Shown one piece after another: positions 24,801 through 38,578 of a DNA stretch of 64,000 nucleotides. Origin of the DNA: Marsupella aquatica (Eukaryota > Plantae > Marchantiophyta); contig OZ316898.1 of assembly GCA_973895155.1 (NCBI GenBank), forward strand, positions 7,241,079 to 7,305,078, in the 5' to 3' direction. The notes beneath the pieces are model-generated. The model was not told where the DNA came from, did not search any database, and saw only the letters and a list, made by a program, of their open reading frames with translations. The position numbers and the translations under genes were made by a program. Each line of letters begins with the position of its first letter. Position 1 is the stretch's first letter.

Positions 24801-27800
24801 CAGGATGTAGCATGGGAATCACAGCTATGACCAGGCATAATTTAATGTTGTGTGTATGATGAATGATTGCCCTCAACTACGTTCTGTCTGGAGGTTATGG
24901 ACTGACAATTTAACGGATCAAGAAGTGTCGGAATGTCTATGCTGTCCTGAGGAAACGAGAGAGAACTACAGTAGAAGAGAGTTACTTTGTACTTCTGACT
25001 TATATCCGATCTAGCTTATTCTGGCAAAGCCTTCGTGCTGTCAGTTTTTCCTGCGAAGGGATATATACATAGCATGTGAATCACAGCCAGATGTGGGTTC
25101 CCGCTGACAAGTCCCCTCAAGATAGACCTGGCGGTTATTGGAAGACTGCTTAGTGGATCTGAAAACGTTTTGAATTTGCATTGTTTAGATCTTTTAAACC
25201 AAAGAAATTCCTTGCATTGACCCTTATATACATATGACGTAATCTAAGCTAGCCCTGATTGCCATTTCCTTCAGGGCATAACATGCAAAAACAGTTTGTA
25301 AGATAGTTTCACCTCAACAAATCTATAAGCTGTAGGCTGGGGGCCGAGTTAAGATCTTCTGGGCCCGTATATTTTTTAATTAAAAGTCCTTTAATTCTAC
25401 GAAAACCTGATCCCCAGTGTTGGTGGAAAATTCAAGTTATGCTCTCATTGCAGCGTTGAATCTCTACCACAATCTCGATTCGCTTAGGTTACAGAACTGA
25501 TCGAGGGCTTTCCATGTGTGTAGATTCGGAGTCGACCTTCTGAAATGGATCGTGAATTTGGCTTCTCTGGGAATGTTGGTAGCTCTCATCGATCATGTGC
25601 ATGTTATGGAAAGATTGCTTTCAAAATATATAGGGAAGCCCAATATCAACCTTCAGATGGGCGTTACAAAGTGCAGCACAGGATTCCCAAGCATAGACTA
25701 TTCTGTGTTATAGATTGCAGAAGTTATCGTACATGTCCATACATTTAGGAGAAGTATGGACATCACATTTTCACACTATCGTTGTTTGCCTTATTTAAGT
25801 AGATGTGAAAGGTCAATTCTCATTGAAGGTTAGATTAGCATAAGTAGTAAGATCTAGAGCAATTCTGGAGATGGCCCGTTCAGATTAACTTTCAGCCTTC
25901 ATGTCCAACCCGAATTCAGCTTTTGGCTCAACCCTTAGGCAAACCAATTAATTGGTAGTTCCTTGAGTCCTTCAAATCTTAAAGAAGTAATAGTTAAGCA
26001 TTTAAAATGTTAGCCGTGCCTCAGTTTTCTGGGACTAAGTCTTCTATGATCAGAGCTCAAGAATCACAGCCAAAGGCTTTGCCTGTCAATGGAGCATCTC
26101 AGTTTCTTCAAGCTTGATCTGGAGGTTGTAGGGTGTCCATAATGTAGGTCGACAACCCGTTCTGACGTTTACACTGGCTTAATGTGCTTGGACTGTCATC
26201 CCTTTCCATTGGTAATGGTAATGGTAATGTATTATAAGCTCCGGGACCATGAAGGTATGGTTTCCAGATTGAGGCCGTCAATATTTGAGGCGCCTCAGCT
26301 CAGAGAAACTCATTACAGGCATGCATCCGGGGAATTCAAAAAGTCCATTTTGCCGAGTTTTAACTTTCTAGTTACAGTGGCTAAAAACCCAAGGTCACAT
26401 ATAGAGACGATTGTCGTGCTCTTATATTTGACTAACTGTTTCAACTAATGTGTAGGTGTTCACAGAGACTCCCCTCCAGATTATGCAGAAGGATTCATGC
26501 TGACCATCTTCTAAGCTTGAAATGATTATGTAAAACTACTACTAGCTTGATCTAGCTGCCAGCTTGTCTCCAGATGTAGTCCCCAATATTATTTCTCGTT
26601 GGCTAGAGCGGGGGCTAGAGTTTATAGATGATATATCTGCAAGGTCTTAATTCAAATTCTTAGAACATTCAAATTAATTACACTCTTCAACAAAAAGTGG
26701 TTAGCTTCGAAGTTTGACCGAAAGCCAAGAGTTCAATTGTTTTACCAATTCCTAAGGGTTTTCCATGGGACTAGGGTAGCAACCACTCTAAGTTTGTTTA
26801 ACAGGTTGCAGAGGGTCCGATCCCCTCAACCGTGATCTGGTGGTTGTAGGCTCACAATTTCCTTTCCTTCAATTGTTCAGAACTTAAGATGTTTGTTTTC
26901 TTCAAGAACAGACCTTGAAGGTTTTGACTCGAGCGATGGGCCTCAACCGGGATCGCTATCACTGATCTTTGTGTTTCCCATTTACTGATGAAATCCCTGG
27001 AAGCTATGGTGGAAGGTTTTAGCATGACGACTGGGAGGGTACGTTGTAAATGGTTGAAACCTCCATTTTGTCCCGGAGAAAAGGATCACAACTTTTCATG
27101 TGCTTCCATTTCCTCCTGGAATTAATCACTATCGAAATCACAACCATATCTTGGGCGTTGGCACATCGTCTCGTCAAATTAGCTAGGGCTGCATGACGTC
27201 TGGTGCAGGATGATACGGAAGATCTACCTGCATCTGTTCAGAACTGTCTTCTGTCCTTCCTAAACAAAGAGAGTCAGTAGCTAGTCAAAGTTGGAAGTTG
27301 AAGTCTCAGGGACAAGTCATAACATTTACTGCTGAGAGTGATACTCCCACACAGCCATACAATTTTATCAACTATATGAGTGGTAGCAGCGGGGTGGCGG
27401 GTTGCCCCAAAGTTCAATACGGGCTGCACGGTGGCTGGCAGCAGATAATTTGATAGGTCTTCAAATTTTGAAGTTCTCGTGTTGTCTCCCGCATAAAGAC
27501 AAAAATTAAGTACTTGTTCATATTCAAAGCTTGGGCTACCAGAATTCTCAACCCTAAGGGAACTGGCCTACAGGTGGTAATTCCCCTTTGTTTGTTTTCG
27601 GGGGTCATGACCTCAGACTTAGATGTGTGGACATTTGCACAGTAGTTGGACTCTCGTGTCAGGGATTTTCCAGGTAAATTCGTTCTGCAGACCGTATGCA
27701 GGTTTAGGGTATTTTTGACATTTTATCGGTGGACAGAGACGATGGTTTCATTCTAGAAATATTCTACTAAGTAACTCTTGTCAAAGGTTGGTACACGTCG

Positions 27801-28860
27801 ATGGTTGTCTTTGCCGACCTTGGAGACTTAATGTTGATGACTTCAAGTAACTAGGAGAGACTCACGGCTGCTTCCTGGTGACACAACAGTTCTGTGAATT
27901 AGATTCGCTCGGACAGAACTAATGTACGACGTGCCGGCCATTAGTGTCTATTAAGGGTAGGAAGTTCCCTGGAAGTCATCGTATCGCAAAGTTCTACATA
28001 GCGGCTCAATGGTTCGATGTCAAACTCACGCGGATAGTAGCTGCTTTTCAAGTTCGTTAAGTACCATTGGGATAACCATCAAGGAAAAAAGCTTCGGTCT
28101 CGTCAATAGACTAAGAGACGCGATTGTACTGGAATAGATCCACAAGAACAATCCAGGTCATGTCATGGTTGAAAACCTAACCTAAGAAATTAAAACCTTT
28201 GCAGATTCCGACCGACCGACCGCCGAGCTTGAATTGCTATATATCAAACGAACTTGCTAGCCGAGTTCCCTCTGTAGTCTCGTACTGTTCAAGTTTTTCA
28301 GCATGTTCAACATCTATGTGAAGCAATGTCGGTGATTTACTGTCCAGTCCCAAACGCAGTAATTATCGGTGACACGAACGAAGACTTCTACAGCTTCAGG
28401 GTCCCGGGATCCATGAAACTACGTACCAAGCATCAATGTTGGGCTATTATACAGTACTAACAATATTCAGTGCAATTTCATTCAGCTCATTTGACTATGT
28501 TGATTGGACGAAACACTTTCCACGAGCAAGTTCGATCTACATGCATCGTGTGGCGTACGTCCTAGAGTTAAACCTCGTATGACCGAGATCGATCTGGCAC
28601 ACTAGAACTTCTCGTCTAGCCTGCTGCTTGTTCCTGCGATTCTGTATTGAGCCATGATCGCTTGTTGATCTTCGAGGTAACTTGCTTCAATACCTTATCT
28701 CTCGTTCATTGGACATTCTCAGAAATTCTTCCTCTACAAAGCCAAGAGTTCTTCGTCAGTCTCGTCAAGGAGAGAACTCGGTTACTTAGGCCACTGGCTG
28801 AAAAGTTGGGCCGGCCACCTTTTTCTTTCATCTTTTCACTATACTTGGGACAGTCTTGAG
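21900..28860 (-). mobile_element. Highly degenerate, partly duplicated Ty3/gypsy LTR-retrotransposon relics
   Basis: Minus-strand fragments: gag FHGSRDPEAVEVF (~28400) and QFKLGGRSV, protease-like VLNFGATRH (~27410), RT-like GLFEFPGCMP (~26330), RNase H-like SDHRRL..YYFFKI*RTQGTTN (~26000), GPY/F-like GDQVFV..KYTGP (~25400), two integrase-like 'S.(Y/H)NLQTE' copies (~24290, ~24890), and a second gag-like STYLNDNEWWKK (~22810). Many stops and frameshifts. No LTRs found; boundaries approximate. Confidence 0.6.
22771..23103. repeat. Tandem duplication of ~169 bp (2 copies)
   Basis: GTTGATTCTGCAT...GGGAAACTGGCAGAAA..TTTCTCCCT repeats at 22771 and 22940. Confidence 0.9.
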
Positions 28861-31289
28861 CATTGTCATAATCAACCGGGTAAAAACAAAAGGCGTGAAA
28901 ACATTTAATTTGTCAATGAACAAATACGTACTTTAAATGAGTTCTTTCCGCCTCGCTTACCACAGTCTAGAAACATGTTGAGTACATCTCTGACTATCTT
29001 TAGGCAAATAACTTTCAAACTTTGGCTGAGGTGTATTTTGAGAACTGATATTTATCTGATCAAATACATTGAGTTTCTAGGGATTCATTGAATAAGAATA
29101 TGACCAGGGCATGAAACTGCCCATTGTCATAAGAGGAGAGCTTAATTTGCCTTGTTAAAGAAGACAACTGCTTCTAAACATTTGAACAGAGAAAGAAATA
29201 TGGCGAGTGTGAAATCGTATTGGCCAGGTTGTTAAGTTCTCATTAATCGCAATGAGAATATTGCAGGGACATGAAGGAAATGACTCACTGGTTTCACACT
29301 GCCAAAAGGCAAACAGAGCCAAACAGGGATAGGATCCCAAACACAGGAGTTTCCGTAAGGAGAGAAAACAATGGAAAAACAAGGGTAAAACCCAAGAAAG
29401 CCATACAAGAACCAAGAAGCCCCAAAGTCCCCAAACCCTAAATCTCAACAAGTGCCAAAGAAGTAGCTGAGCAACAAACTGAAGTTTGATCGAGCAAAGT
29501 CTGATAGAGCTTTGGAGTACCATAGGAGGGTCACAGGGAGATATTAATTTGACTGCACACCCTAAAATCCATCCACATCCAATTCTCAACTTGAGTAAAC
29601 TTTTATGGGAATGTTGTAGTTTGGAATGTTGTAGATTACTCTAATCTAAGCAGGGGTACATTGCGACATGCCAATTCCAGAAGGTAACAAACAGGCATAC
29701 ACGAGATCGGAGAGTTTCAACTAAATGGGGTGGCATTGGGAGTCGCTCACATGTCACTACGGTGTAGAACTTCACACGCATGGATGCTCTCTGTCCGAGA
29801 AACTTTCATATGAATGGAGCTGTCATTGAGTCTCAATGACATGCCGGTGGGGTCCAGAAGTTTCAAGCTGCATGGGCATGAAGCAGCAGTTCGATTTTCA
29901 TGGGGGTGGCAATGAAATAATTGCACATCTCAATAGAGTATAGAGAACTACAAGCTCGGGAGACACGAAGACATGTTAATGAGTCCAGGACATTATTGCA
30001 AGCGTGTATGATCGATTGATGAGAAGCAATTTCGGAGTATGTCTCCACCTCCCTGGTTACACGTCAATGGAGTCAAGAAGGTCGCAAGTTTGAAAGTGGC
30101 TCAGAAATTTCTTCCCCATTCAGAGGTCAATCAATGGACGTAATTACAGACTAATTATGGATTGTTTGCCCAGATGGAAAGTAACGCGGTTGAGCTTATG
30201 TGACTAGCATTTCCTCAACTACGTGGTACGCAGATGTAGACTTTGAACTCATTCCCTTGGACTCATTCATTACTGCCACTTGGCTGGCTGGTGGCCTTAA
30301 AATCCACTTTACACGTTGTATGTGCTTTGCATACTTTTCACCACCATGCTGGTTACTAATGATCGAAATATTGTCTTGACACATAGTGACTCCTGGATGG
30401 ACATTGCTGTAGTTTCTTAAAGCCCCCCTCACGTCTTGTAAAGCCGCCCCTCTCCCCCCCCCAACCCCCCCCCCCTTAGCTTACAAGTCACGAGTGGGGG
30501 TGAAAGTGACGAAAAGTCACAAACATGGGCGATAAGATGAAAGTTTATTTTGAATGGCTCAAAAAGGAACTTCATACGCTGTTGGACAAGACCTCTAGGC
30601 GATTGTCCCATGTGTGTAGACTTCGTAAAGACTTGCGTAGAAATACAGGGCCAGGAATCGGATGGGGATCCGGCGTTGCATACGGTACGGTGGTGCCCAC
30701 AAAAGCTGTTTTTGTAAGAATCTAGCAAGTGCCTCGATCTACCGATATCGGTTGTTTGGTAAGGCCACGAGTCCACTCAGTCTTGGAAATCGATCTCTTG
30801 GGCTGGATCCATGACTCTCCACGAGATTCAATCAGTGAGTATCTCTTTGCAAATACATCACACTGTCATCAACTGCAGTCCCAGAGATTCAACTCAAAAA
30901 TTTACAATACGTTATGCAACGGCCCTCAAGCCAGCTGGAAGCATTGCTACCAATGAGCGGAACAGCCTATCAGCTGCCCACAGCGAAGTGCCTAAAAGCT
31001 GGCTGAGCATGGGGGACAATCTGTCAATCACAAAGTTGTGTTTTGTTTGCCACTGTTGTTTGCTATTATTGGCTCAGACAGGAATTGACCAAATTGACTG
31101 TAGTCCTCTCTTTGGTGCTTTCTTTTTAGCTGCCTCTGTGGCGAATGTTCTCTTCATGGAGGAGAAGATGCTAGGAAAGTTCCTTAACTATCAGATGTCC
31201 CTAGGTTTAAGGATAACCATTAGATTCTTGATAATGGGTCTTTGGCTGGTGGGAAACTGGCTAATCTAGCAAATTTGCACTGATAAAAA

Positions 31290-34200
31290 ACAGAGGGGTG
31301 GAGGGAGAGGAGGGATTGAAACCCTAGAAACTGGGCCTAGAGTCCCATGTCCAACTTTGAGACTGATAAGAAAAGGCAATATACAAACTTTTTACAGAAA
31401 AGGACCAAACAGAGTAGAAAAGAACAAACAAAAGAGAGTCCAAGTGGACAAAACAAAAACAGAGTAGAGAAGAACAAACAAAAGAGGGTCCGAATGGACA
31501 AAACCAAACGCAAAAGAAGTGAGCTATAGGGAGCCCATGGCTAAAAACCAAGAAAGAGGAACTAAAACTAAGAAGTGAGCAATTGGGTTCCCCTAAAAAC
31601 CAAGCAAGAGGAACTAAAACTAACCCAAATGGATTGAGGTCCTCAGTCAGCATTCCTAGCAAATGTGGCAAAAAGCTAATGGTCCACATCAAGTGTCAAA
31701 ACTAAATCGGCAAGTGGGACTGGAACATCCTCTAGGGGAGCTAGCCGCTGCGGGGCGCACTAGCACCCACTGTAAGAGATTGACGATAGATGGCCCGAGC
31801 TTGAGCACGTTGTAAGGTGACTGAAATGCATTGGCGAAAGTGCGTGGTCAAAACAGATAGCGGGGTCTGGTGGAACCCATCTGGCCATGAACATCCTGGG
31901 CAGCTTGTCAAAGAAGCCCGTCTAACGGGTGATGACTTCAGATGCCCAAATATCTCAAGAGCAAGGGGGAGGAAGCTATCAGATGAAGCTCAAGTAGCAT
32001 AATTGGCCTCCTTCGTTGTTGTCACTCGTGATGCTGGTGCCCCTGCCGTTGTTGTCACTATCCCAATGATGTCTTGGTGCAATGGGTTTGCCACCACATC
32101 TGCCAAAGTACATTGACCCTCATGGACCATGGTAAGACCCACCCATAACTGCTGTGATGGAAGACCAAGTAACTTGAGCACCACCTCCCGCCGCACGCAA
32201 CCCAAACAGCCAAAGAGAACCTGAGAAATTGCATCTCTCATAGCGTCGTGAACAATAATGGTTTCACCTCCCTAACTGCACTAAAGAAGATGGACAACTG
32301 TGGCATCACAAGGCTTCCCACAAGTGCAAGAAGGAGGTAAACGTGTAAGAAGTGGGTGGGGCATCCCCATACAAAGACGCATGGCTGTCGAGAACTCCGT
32401 TGAAGACATCCGCAGATGAGAAATGACTGGATTGGCTTGAAGCCATCCTCCTGTGCGCTTCCCTCTAGAAGAAAGAATTTGAGCTCGGTCCGTGTTAGCT
32501 GTCTCGGAGAGGATGCTGGAGAGGGTGAAAGCGTGCATACACCTAGCAAGGTTTGCCTGAAGATGAATAGGGTCCAAGGATAAAAACTATTGAAATGAAG
32601 GGAACGCTGCACGGACAGGTGGTAATGATCACCATGCCGTGCGCAAATGAACCTGAAATGGGAGGGAACCCTCCTCTACCTCCATGAGAGAAAAGTAAAA
32701 AAGGTCGATCGGACTCAGTAAGGAAATGATCGGCCAAAAATGAGAAGGCGGCCATCCACGTGCCCAAAAAGGCCAAAGGTGCAAGGCGCTCAATGGAAGT
32801 AAGCCCAAACCCACCCTGAGAAATAGGAAGATTGAGCTGCCGATGAAGCCACAAAGATGAGAGCAACAAACCCGACCCTAAAAGAGAGGCCAAAGCCTCA
32901 CAAATGGAGACATCAAATGCTTGATTGCAGGTGGAGACAAAGATCCTTGGTAGGAGGATGCGTCCAAGCCAAATAAGACGCGCAAGGGTGGATGCATCTC
33001 AACAACATCCCAAATGCTGCCTGAGAATCTACTAACTTAGGGAGCATAGGAGTAGGGGCTAAGGCAGCTTGCAGAGCGTCAGCAATGAAAGATGAGCAAA
33101 AGAAGACGGTACTGAATGGGGAACCAAGGACCCAAAGACCGTTGGCTGGACGTAAGAACCCAGGCCGCCGGGAAGTGCAAGATCAAAGGGTAACCCAACT
33201 ATATAGACTCCATGCATGACTCTTCACAGGCTGAACCCGTAAACCGAGGCCCATCAATGGGTGGAAAGGGTGGCAAGGGCAGAAGTAACCGTGGTGGGTG
33301 GACCAATGATGTGGGTGTCATCTGAAAGGGAGGGGAAGATATATACATTGGGGGTGGGCCACGGAGGCTTCCCATAAAGCTATGAAATGGGCAATGGCAA
33401 AAAGAGGCCCACCCAAAGGGTCACCTTGACATGTACCTTTTGCAGAAGAAAGAGTGGTATATACTCCAGTAGAAGTGTGATGACTATAGAAGGGGGGGGG
33501 GGCCTCGAGACCATAAAAGCAACAAACAAAAGTTAGGGATAAGAGATTGGATGTTTGGATCCGCCACCCTCAAAGCATGAAAAATTGTTGCCCAAGAAAC
33601 CGTATTGAAAGTGTTAGAGACATCAACTTGGAGGACAACCCAATTAGGGTGGAGATCCAAGCCCGGATCCAAGGTAGTGCAAATACCCGCAATGACTGTC
33701 TCACAACCACCAGGAGCACCCACTGCAAACTGATGTGGAGAGAGATGATCCAATAGTGCAGAACAATACTGCGATGAAAGTGTGCAAGACACAAGACAAA
33801 GAAAAACCTCTCCAATAGCTATTGGCCGAATTGACACCCAAACTTGAAGACTTAGCCATGGCCAATAAACAAGAAGCACTCAAGAGCCGAGAGACAGGAG
33901 GAGGCAGCTGCAATACACTTGCAAAAAGAGAAGAAAACTAGAAAACCAAATTGAGGATCCTCAAGGGCCGGGAATAAATCACAAAAATGCTCAAAGACAT
34001 AGCCAGAGGGGCCACCAATCGCTCAACGTGGGGCATGGAGGAAGACATAGGTGAATTGGTCCCTACTAAACTCAAGATCCTCCTTAGGCTCAAAATCCTC
34101 CATGAACAAAGGGAGTTGATCATAGGGCTGTGGATGGAGATCCTGAAGGGCCGTCAAGGTGACCTCACCAGGGCGGCTCGTGTGGTGGGAGAAAGGGCCT

Positions 34201-34296
34201 GGACAGCCCAACAATATTCACTAGCTTGGGCTAAACAACAAGAGCGACAAAGACCTCTATGCTCTGGAGCATGAGAGTGGCGAGCTGGGTCAGACA
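31290..34296 (-). mobile_element. CRE-like non-LTR retrotransposon, 3' part (RT, CCHC knuckle, restriction-like endonuclease, pyrimidine-rich 3' UTR); decayed
   Basis: TLTALQDLHP, IRPIAIGEVF, SPHQFAVGAPGGCE, VVLQVDVSNTFNTVS, QGDPLGGPLF, DDTHIIG, LNLPISQGGFGL, GGWLQANP, CTCGKPCD..HLL*C..HDAMRDA, TLADVV..P, KEANY, LALEIFG, FRQCISVTLQRAQARAI. Multiple stops and frameshifts. The 3' boundary is approximate. Confidence 0.85.
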
Positions 34297-37200
34297 CACT
34301 AGTAGAAACCGGCATGGATCATGACCCAACCACATATGACTGGTTTGACCACATTTCCATACACTTCACACGTCAGTCATATTTATATGACAATATCCGA
34401 CTTTTGAGTCATTATCAAGACATTATAAGACAACATAATATATTAACATTTTCAGATTATGACCAATAAGTCATACTTAGTCCCAAAATAATGCGTAGGA
34501 AGGATGCTAGGGCTGTTATAGTCACTAAACTGACTGAAGAATTGCGTTTAGGGTAGTTAGCATTACCACGTTCGGCATACCGTTTGCATCGGTAAGGGTA
34601 TCTCAACGGGTCTTGTACCACCTATAGCTCAATCTATTTCCCGATCCCACAGTCGTGCGACGATCAGCAAAGGGGAACAACTCTTTACATCGACGTTGGT
34701 CCAATTGTGGGAAAGACTCTGCCCTAAATTCACTCCCACACTTACACAACTTCCGTTGCGAGTGAAGTTTTCTCTTGGGATGTTCGATCGGGTAAGGCAA
34801 ATTGCACCTCACTCGCACATTCGTGGTGGCCCCAGTGGATCTTCTCCCTTCACAGTTGCCTCGTTCCAATTGTGAGTAAGTGCGACGATCAGCGAAGGTG
34901 TGAACAAGAGCTGCACGGGAAGGTGCGCGCAACTCCTTCTTTTTGTTGTGGTTGCACAGTGTGAGCGCGCTCTTGCAGGCCGTGGCATTTGGGCTTTGGT
35001 TGGGGCTTGGCTCTGAGTCAGCACTTCAGACAAGGTGTGCTGTGTGGTGCATTACCAAACTTAGTAACAGAATACTGAGGGAGGCGTTGGGTTATTGGTG
35101 GTTTTTGAGAAGGCAGCGGAGCTACAAAGTTTGTGGATGTCCTAGAGTAAGTCGGAGGTTTTCACTTACGGAGTTTGTGGAGGTTCAATAATGAGCGGAG
35201 CTTTCAAGATTGACCTGTCGCTTTCATTGACAAGAGTTTGCGGTCATGAGAGCGAGCTACCATTTTTCATCTCTCATCTAGGTCTCTGTTGGCCTTGCAT
35301 TGTTTGCTTTTGTGTGGCATGTGCGGCAAGTTGCAGCTGCCTGCTCACTACTCACAAGGTGGGACCGTCAATCTCTTCAATCGCAAACCTATCAACTTGG
35401 ACCTGAACTGTGGATGACCTGCGCTCATTCTTCCTTTCAGCAAGAGTGCGAGTAACAAGAAGTCGCTTTCAGTTGCATTTGTTGTGGGACCGCCAATAGT
35501 TGCGGTGGGAGCAGATAGTGCTGACCGTCAGCTGTGCAGGCCAAGCGTGAGACAACCCGTGTTGGTGACAATAAGAACGACGCGGTTCTAGGGAGCTCCT
35601 AGGGGATCAGCTGCAACCTTACCTTCTGCACCTTCTTTAGGTATGTTTTGCCTTGAACTTGGCCATGGATGGATTGAGCTTCTTTTAAGTTTGTTTCATT
35701 CCCGTCTTCCTGAAGCGTTGTGTGCTTTCAGACAGTCATAGTCAGACAGTCATAGTGATTACCTGTAGGCAACTGGAATTAGTTTCATTGATTCATTAGA
35801 GGCTGGGCTTTTAAGCTACGGACCCGGATGAATATGCATTGTTGTCATTCAGTTTGGTCATTCCTGTCTTCGGTCCAATGTTCTGTATGCTACCCATTTT
35901 TTACCGCCACCTTATTGTGCACATCGCGGCTCCATTCACACCACATTTGGCATTGCAGAGGTCCTTATGCCTTATCTGGAACCTCACATTCACACTTGCC
36001 ACTCACACCATAAATTGTGTCTAACTTAGTGACAAGACCTCTATATGCACAGATGCCAAAAGCGCTCGTCGCTGCAATCCATATTTTGACAGTGCTTGCT
36101 TAGGAAAATTGGGAGCCAAGGAAGCCAGGAGCTGAGACCACGCATAGGAGGGATCTTGGAGCTGCAAGGTGGGAGTTTAGTTTGGAGCCGGGAGCTTATA
36201 CCACACAACTGTTAGTGAGGTCATTTCAGTTGTTGGGTGTCGAAATTCATTGCTTCCCTTGTTTCATCGCTCATTTAATTTCCCTTTGCCCTCAAAGCAT
36301 GTTGCTAACATTCACTAGCACATATATGATCCCATGATGTAGCTATCTATAAGCTCCTTATACTGTCTGTCCTCTTAGCAATGCTGGCGCCTGAGCTGTT
36401 GTGGCGCCTGAGCTGCTGTGTTTGCTGAGCAGCTGTGTTTGCTAAGGAGCTAAAGGTAGGGAGAAGTTGCCGCTGGGGACGACCTGTCTTGACAACTTGC
36501 TGCAGCTCAGTCAACCACAGCCGGTTGGAGCTGTAGGTTAGTTTTCTGCATCTTAAGTTTTCTGCAAAGTGAGTCGGGAGGCGGGACGTGGCAACTTCAA
36601 GACCTTTCTGGTTTCATTCTGACCATTACTTTGAGTTTGCCCAGTATCTAGTGCCCCACTATGAGACCAGAGTATGTGGCCCTTTGTTTAGACAAATGAT
36701 ACACTGTGAATTTTTGTCGTTTCTTAGTCTGGAAATTCAGCCCCCACGAAAATCTTCACCCCCTCGTTCATTCAGTGATGCATGCATGCTTAATTTGTTT
36801 CTCTGTTTTGTGGTCTCTGTTTCTCTGTTTCTCTATTTCTCGATTTTCTGGTCATGCTTTTGCAAATAGAGTAACCCTAAATGTAAGATCCCGTGCATGT
36901 GTGAACAGATATTCATTCGCAATTCTTTCACTCTGGTTTTTCCAATTCTTTCCGCTTTGTCTTTGAATGTGGTATGAATCACTTTGTCTTTGAATGTGCC
37001 CATTCCTTTTGTGTTCTTGGTCTAGGGTGATTTATCTACATGGTGAGGTAGGTTACACCATGTAAAATAGTCTTGTGAAAAAATTAGACTTAAATGTCTT
37101 GAGATAAAATCATGATGAAGCTTTTTCCATGTTACGAAAGTCATTTTTCACTAAAAAAACATGTTTTTGAGTCCTGAAAGTGGTTCCTGTGAGGTACACC

Positions 37201-38578
37201 CAATTGTGAATGAGGCCACTTGTTAGCTTCTACCTGCAGCCTACATTGACCCTACATCTTGGAGAGGTGGAGCGAGGGCGTGCATCGTGCAACCTAAGCC
37301 GGCGGATCTTGCCAGTCACTCAGGCAGGGCAGGGGTCCACCTTTGGAAGGTACAAACTAACTCAGAATTATTTGAATGTAGGATTTGACTTCGAGAGGCT
37401 CCTCTGTTTTGCTGGCTTCTTCATGTCTGCTCATAACATTTTTCTATGCACATAGTTATGGATAGAACATAGTAATTGGGATCATACTGTCTTCTGCTTT
37501 GTTGGGGATCCTCTTTGAATATATACTTGCATGGTCACATGTGTATATAACTGCATACACATTCTACCTAAGGGGAGTATGACTGTACACCTCAGGTAGA
37601 ACCAAGCCAAGCCCTATAAGTAATTTTCTTAAAAGTAGAAAACATTTTCCATATGGGTATCTTCAGCTTGGGTTCAGGGAGTCAACCGAGCTGCTTGTTC
37701 TCTACAACTTGTGAAGTGAATGAAGAGACTGAATCCCCCTTTGAACTAAAATGCATACTTAGATGCTATTTGGCCTCTTGCTGCGTCCTCTGGCTTGGGT
37801 AAGTTGGCTTTTGGCATTGTTTGTGAAATGTGAGCGGATTGGGGCCCTCACCAAAATGTTTGGCTCCCCTTTCACCCTCGTTCATTCAGCGATGCATGCT
37901 TAATTTGGACAACCAAGTGTAAAGTTGACTCTTTCTGAATATTGTAGTCTGTTTTGCCTTGAACTGGGCCATGGATGAATTGAGCTTGGAGGCAGTTTTT
38001 TTATTCCCATCTTCCTTTTGTCAAGTGAGCTTTCTGCCACCCCCTTTTGGTGGGCCCTTTTTTAGGAAGATCCTTATTGTGAACACAGTCTGTACTTTGG
38101 GTTATGAAGTTTGACTGAGTACTGCGGGCCACTTCCTGTGCCGACCTGTGCTGCAATTTGCTTTGTTTTGCATCCACTCTTTAGTTTCCTTCTATTTTAT
38201 GGACGAGTTTCATGCATATCATGTTTATAAGAGCTTTTGTGCTAATGCACAATATAGTTGTGCCAACTGAATGCCAGTCTGCCTACACTCCTGCTCATTT
38301 CACTCTTGCAAGCAGTGAACTACCTCTCTGTTGCTCACTGCAAGCAGAGACTTTCAGTCTATCTGGATATTGTAGTTTGCAACATTGTTGATTAGGAGTG
38401 TTTCATGCTAAGTTTATACTATGACCTCTAGTTGGAATCAAGGGAATGACACAGTGAGTGGGAACTGATAAGTTCAGGTTGGTTGTTGTTGGTGAGGCAA
38501 GTACAGCTCCTGCTCACCTTGCTGATCGAAGGACGTCAGAGGACGTGAACACAAGACATCTGAACAAAAGCAACAGTT

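Noticed and set aside
29155-31692. Hydrophobic 'membrane protein' ORFs (29155-29589, 30811-31269, 31324-31692)
   Set aside because: They arise from T-rich UTR-like or repeat sequence, so the hydrophobicity is a compositional artefact.
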